The position numbers were made by a program, and so were the translations under genes. This document shows, piece after piece, positions 61,586 through 64,000 of a stretch of 64,000 nucleotides of DNA. Location of the stretch: NCBI GenBank assembly GCA_010093705.1, contig MU006090.1:1329817-1393816 (forward strand), in the 5' to 3' direction. The notes beneath the pieces are model-generated. The model ran no database searches and was not told the origin of the DNA. It saw only the letters and a program-made list of their open reading frames with translations. Numbering within the stretch: the first letter of the stretch is position 1; each line of letters starts with the position of its first letter. The DNA comes from Patellaria atrata CBS 101060. Taxonomy: Eukaryota.

Positions 61586-63047
61586 AGAGTGATCGCGAGC
61601 TCTGTATAGTCAAGTGCAAATCGAATACAAAACAAAATGTTCATATTGAAACCCGGAATATTCTCATGGCGATGGTGGAAAACTCCGCTCCTCTGGCATC
61701 ACCATTTAACCCATAAACCCATAAGGAGCTACCATAACTGGAAAATCGTTGCCCAGAAATGCGGACAGGGATTGCGGGTATTTACCTTTAGTATTTCAGC
61801 TACAAGAACTTCATCCATTTCAGGCACGACCTCTCGCTAATTATTACCGCATTTAGCAACACATCGGTGAATAAATAGCTTTTTCCTCAGTTTCCTGATG
61901 GAAGATGCCATCTGTGCCATAGCAGTTTGATCTTCGGCGAGCTGAGTTCAGTCATGGAAACCCACAGGAAGGGAAACCTATTCGGCCCGTTTCGCTCCCG
62001 CATAAGCGGCGCGGCCAACGCTGCTTTTCGGAGGATTTGAGCACACCCACCGCACCGTGTGTGAGATGTGAAAGCGCCTACAGACCTGCATGCACGTGGT
62101 GTAGCTGTACTGTACCTCCCTACTGTATGTACTATGGAGGTCTTGAGCTTGAGGGATACGGTATGTACAGTACAGATGCCTCGTACATACGAGGCAAGCG
62201 GGAGTTTTCTTGTGCACTAGGCGCTTTCGATGTGTTGCTTCGGCTTCTCCGATTACCGGGATCGTGTCGCCGCGCGGTTGGGAGGGATTTGAAGATTCTA
62301 CTGTACGAGTAGGTACTGTAAATGTGCAGAAGAGGATCGATGTTACACGACCTTAAAGTACAATATCTTACCGGACGTTGAGACTAATGGGGATTACTGT
62401 TTCTGCAGCACTTCATCGCTTGGAAATTAGAAGAACTTCATTCTCCATTCCTTCCCACGTGAGAGCACCGATGCTGGTCTGCTGGATTGCAGATGACAGC
62501 TGTCAAATCTTGTAGGATGAAAGGGTACTGCAGTAGACCCATTCGTCCGGTAGACTCCAAAACCTATCTCTCACCATTGGTCAATGTCAATGACGAGAAT
62601 CTCTAGTGAGTGCACAGGAGTGACAACACGCGCTACGAGTATAATGTAAGTTAGAATTGAAGTCATAGACGAAAGTTTCTCTCTACCTTACTGCCATGAT
62701 ATGAAAGTGGATGATGTCGATTCAGCATCATCAACCTCTCGAAAAGCTCAAGGACGTCGATCTTCCATCTCCCTTACATGTCACCGCTTGTCAATCGAGT
62801 CGATTGCAACATAACAGCCAATGATAATATTCACGTACCTGACGCTGAACGACCACAGCGAATGCCGCAATATATTCCATCAATAAGCCGCAAGGTACCT
62901 GGTGTAGCTCTTCATAGCTATGCCCTTGCCATTATTACCGATGACGTTTGATTTACAAGCCAGCTCTTCTCACATAAACCTCTGTATGACAAGAACTCGC
63001 CATGGCAGTAGAGCATCTCAGAAGACTCATCCACAATGACACTGAAG

Positions 63048-64000
63048 ATGCTATCAAGTGCACAGATAGCAATTGTTGGCCTGCTTGCGAGTGCAATATC
63101 AATTGGAGGCCAAGGGCTGATCACAGACCCCGGTGTTGCTGGACTACCCCTAGAAATAGCCCACCTTTACTACGATCAATCGCCTACAGGTATAGCTGTT
63201 TCTTCAACGGGGCGCATATTCTCCAACTATCTAGCCGGCCTCGATGCAAATAATACGAATAATGGGAGCAATGGCAAGTATCAGGTGGCCGAATTTACGA
63301 GCAATAACACCGAGAAACCGTATCCGAGCCTGGGATGAACACCCCTCCGGGTGGTGCAATTGATTATTGCGAATATCGTCACAGTGAGTTCCGCATGTGG
63401 AGGTCGCCAGCGCAATGTCCAGACTCCTGATCGATCATATTAGCTGCCAAGGGTCTCTCCACCTAATCGGCGTCCAAAGTGTGGTGATAGACTCGCTCGA
63501 CCGTCTCTGGATACTTGATACGGGAAGAGCCCAGACGGAAAATGGGACTCAAGCTACTGCGTCATACGGCGGCCCCAAGCTGATTGGAGTGAATCTCGAA
63601 GATGACACCATCATCAAGACGATCGTATTTCCTCCCAGTGTAGCATATGCAGACTCGTACCTCAACGATATCCGCTTCGATCTTCGAGCAAACGTAACCT
63701 CTTCCGGAGGTGGGATTGCATATATAACTGACTCCAGCGCCCAGCACAGCGGCATCATCATCGTTGATCTCGGTACCGGCGAATCCTGGCGTCATCTAGG
63801 CGGCGCTATGGCCGTTCAACCAGAGGAGAAGTTCGTCCCTTTCGTTTGGGGACAACCTCTCTACCGGGTCCCAGGATCGGAGCAGCCCCTTTCCTATGTC
63901 AATTTTGGTTCTGACGGTATCGCACTGTTGACAGACGGAGAAAACCTCTTCTTCTCGCCGGTCGCTTCGCGCTACATTTACTCAGTCCCCACCGCACGTC
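63048..64000 (+). pseudogene. Major royal jelly/yellow-family secreted protein, apparently frameshifted; runs off the right edge
   Basis: Signal peptide, PTGIAVS..GRIF, LIGVQSVVID..DRLWILDTGR, YLNDIRFDL, AYITDSS. Frameshift at ~63333 and a second just after intron 63384-63443. Confidence 0.75.

Overview
Gene-dense euchromatic window of a filamentous ascomycete (Pezizomycotina; short GT-AG introns with CTRAC branch points). Recognisable protein genes: a WD40 protein, an MT-A70/METTL4-type methyltransferase, a MAPEG protein, RTP1, SmF, a GPI-anchored Cu-only SOD, the divergent hmgA/fahA pair, two Zn2Cys6 factors, VPS37, an eIF2-alpha kinase, uL23m, RPA2, DBP10, a DNAJC8/Spf31 J-protein and DBP4. 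Decayed genes: an RtcB-type RNA ligase, a membrane protein and an MRJP/yellow gene. The main finding is that the ~2.2 kb gap at 15188-~17400, which has no credible CDS, carries on the minus strand the ordered signature of a fungal telomerase RNA gene. In order, these are a UAACCCUAAC template, a candidate pseudoknot with core-enclosing helix, a P6/P6.1-like element, a cUACGg hairpin plus U-tract, and a terminal intron with the non-canonical AUAAGU 5' splice site. A second structured ncRNA with a Pol III layout lies at ~21560-21752. All calls were made by eye; no searches or folding programs were run.
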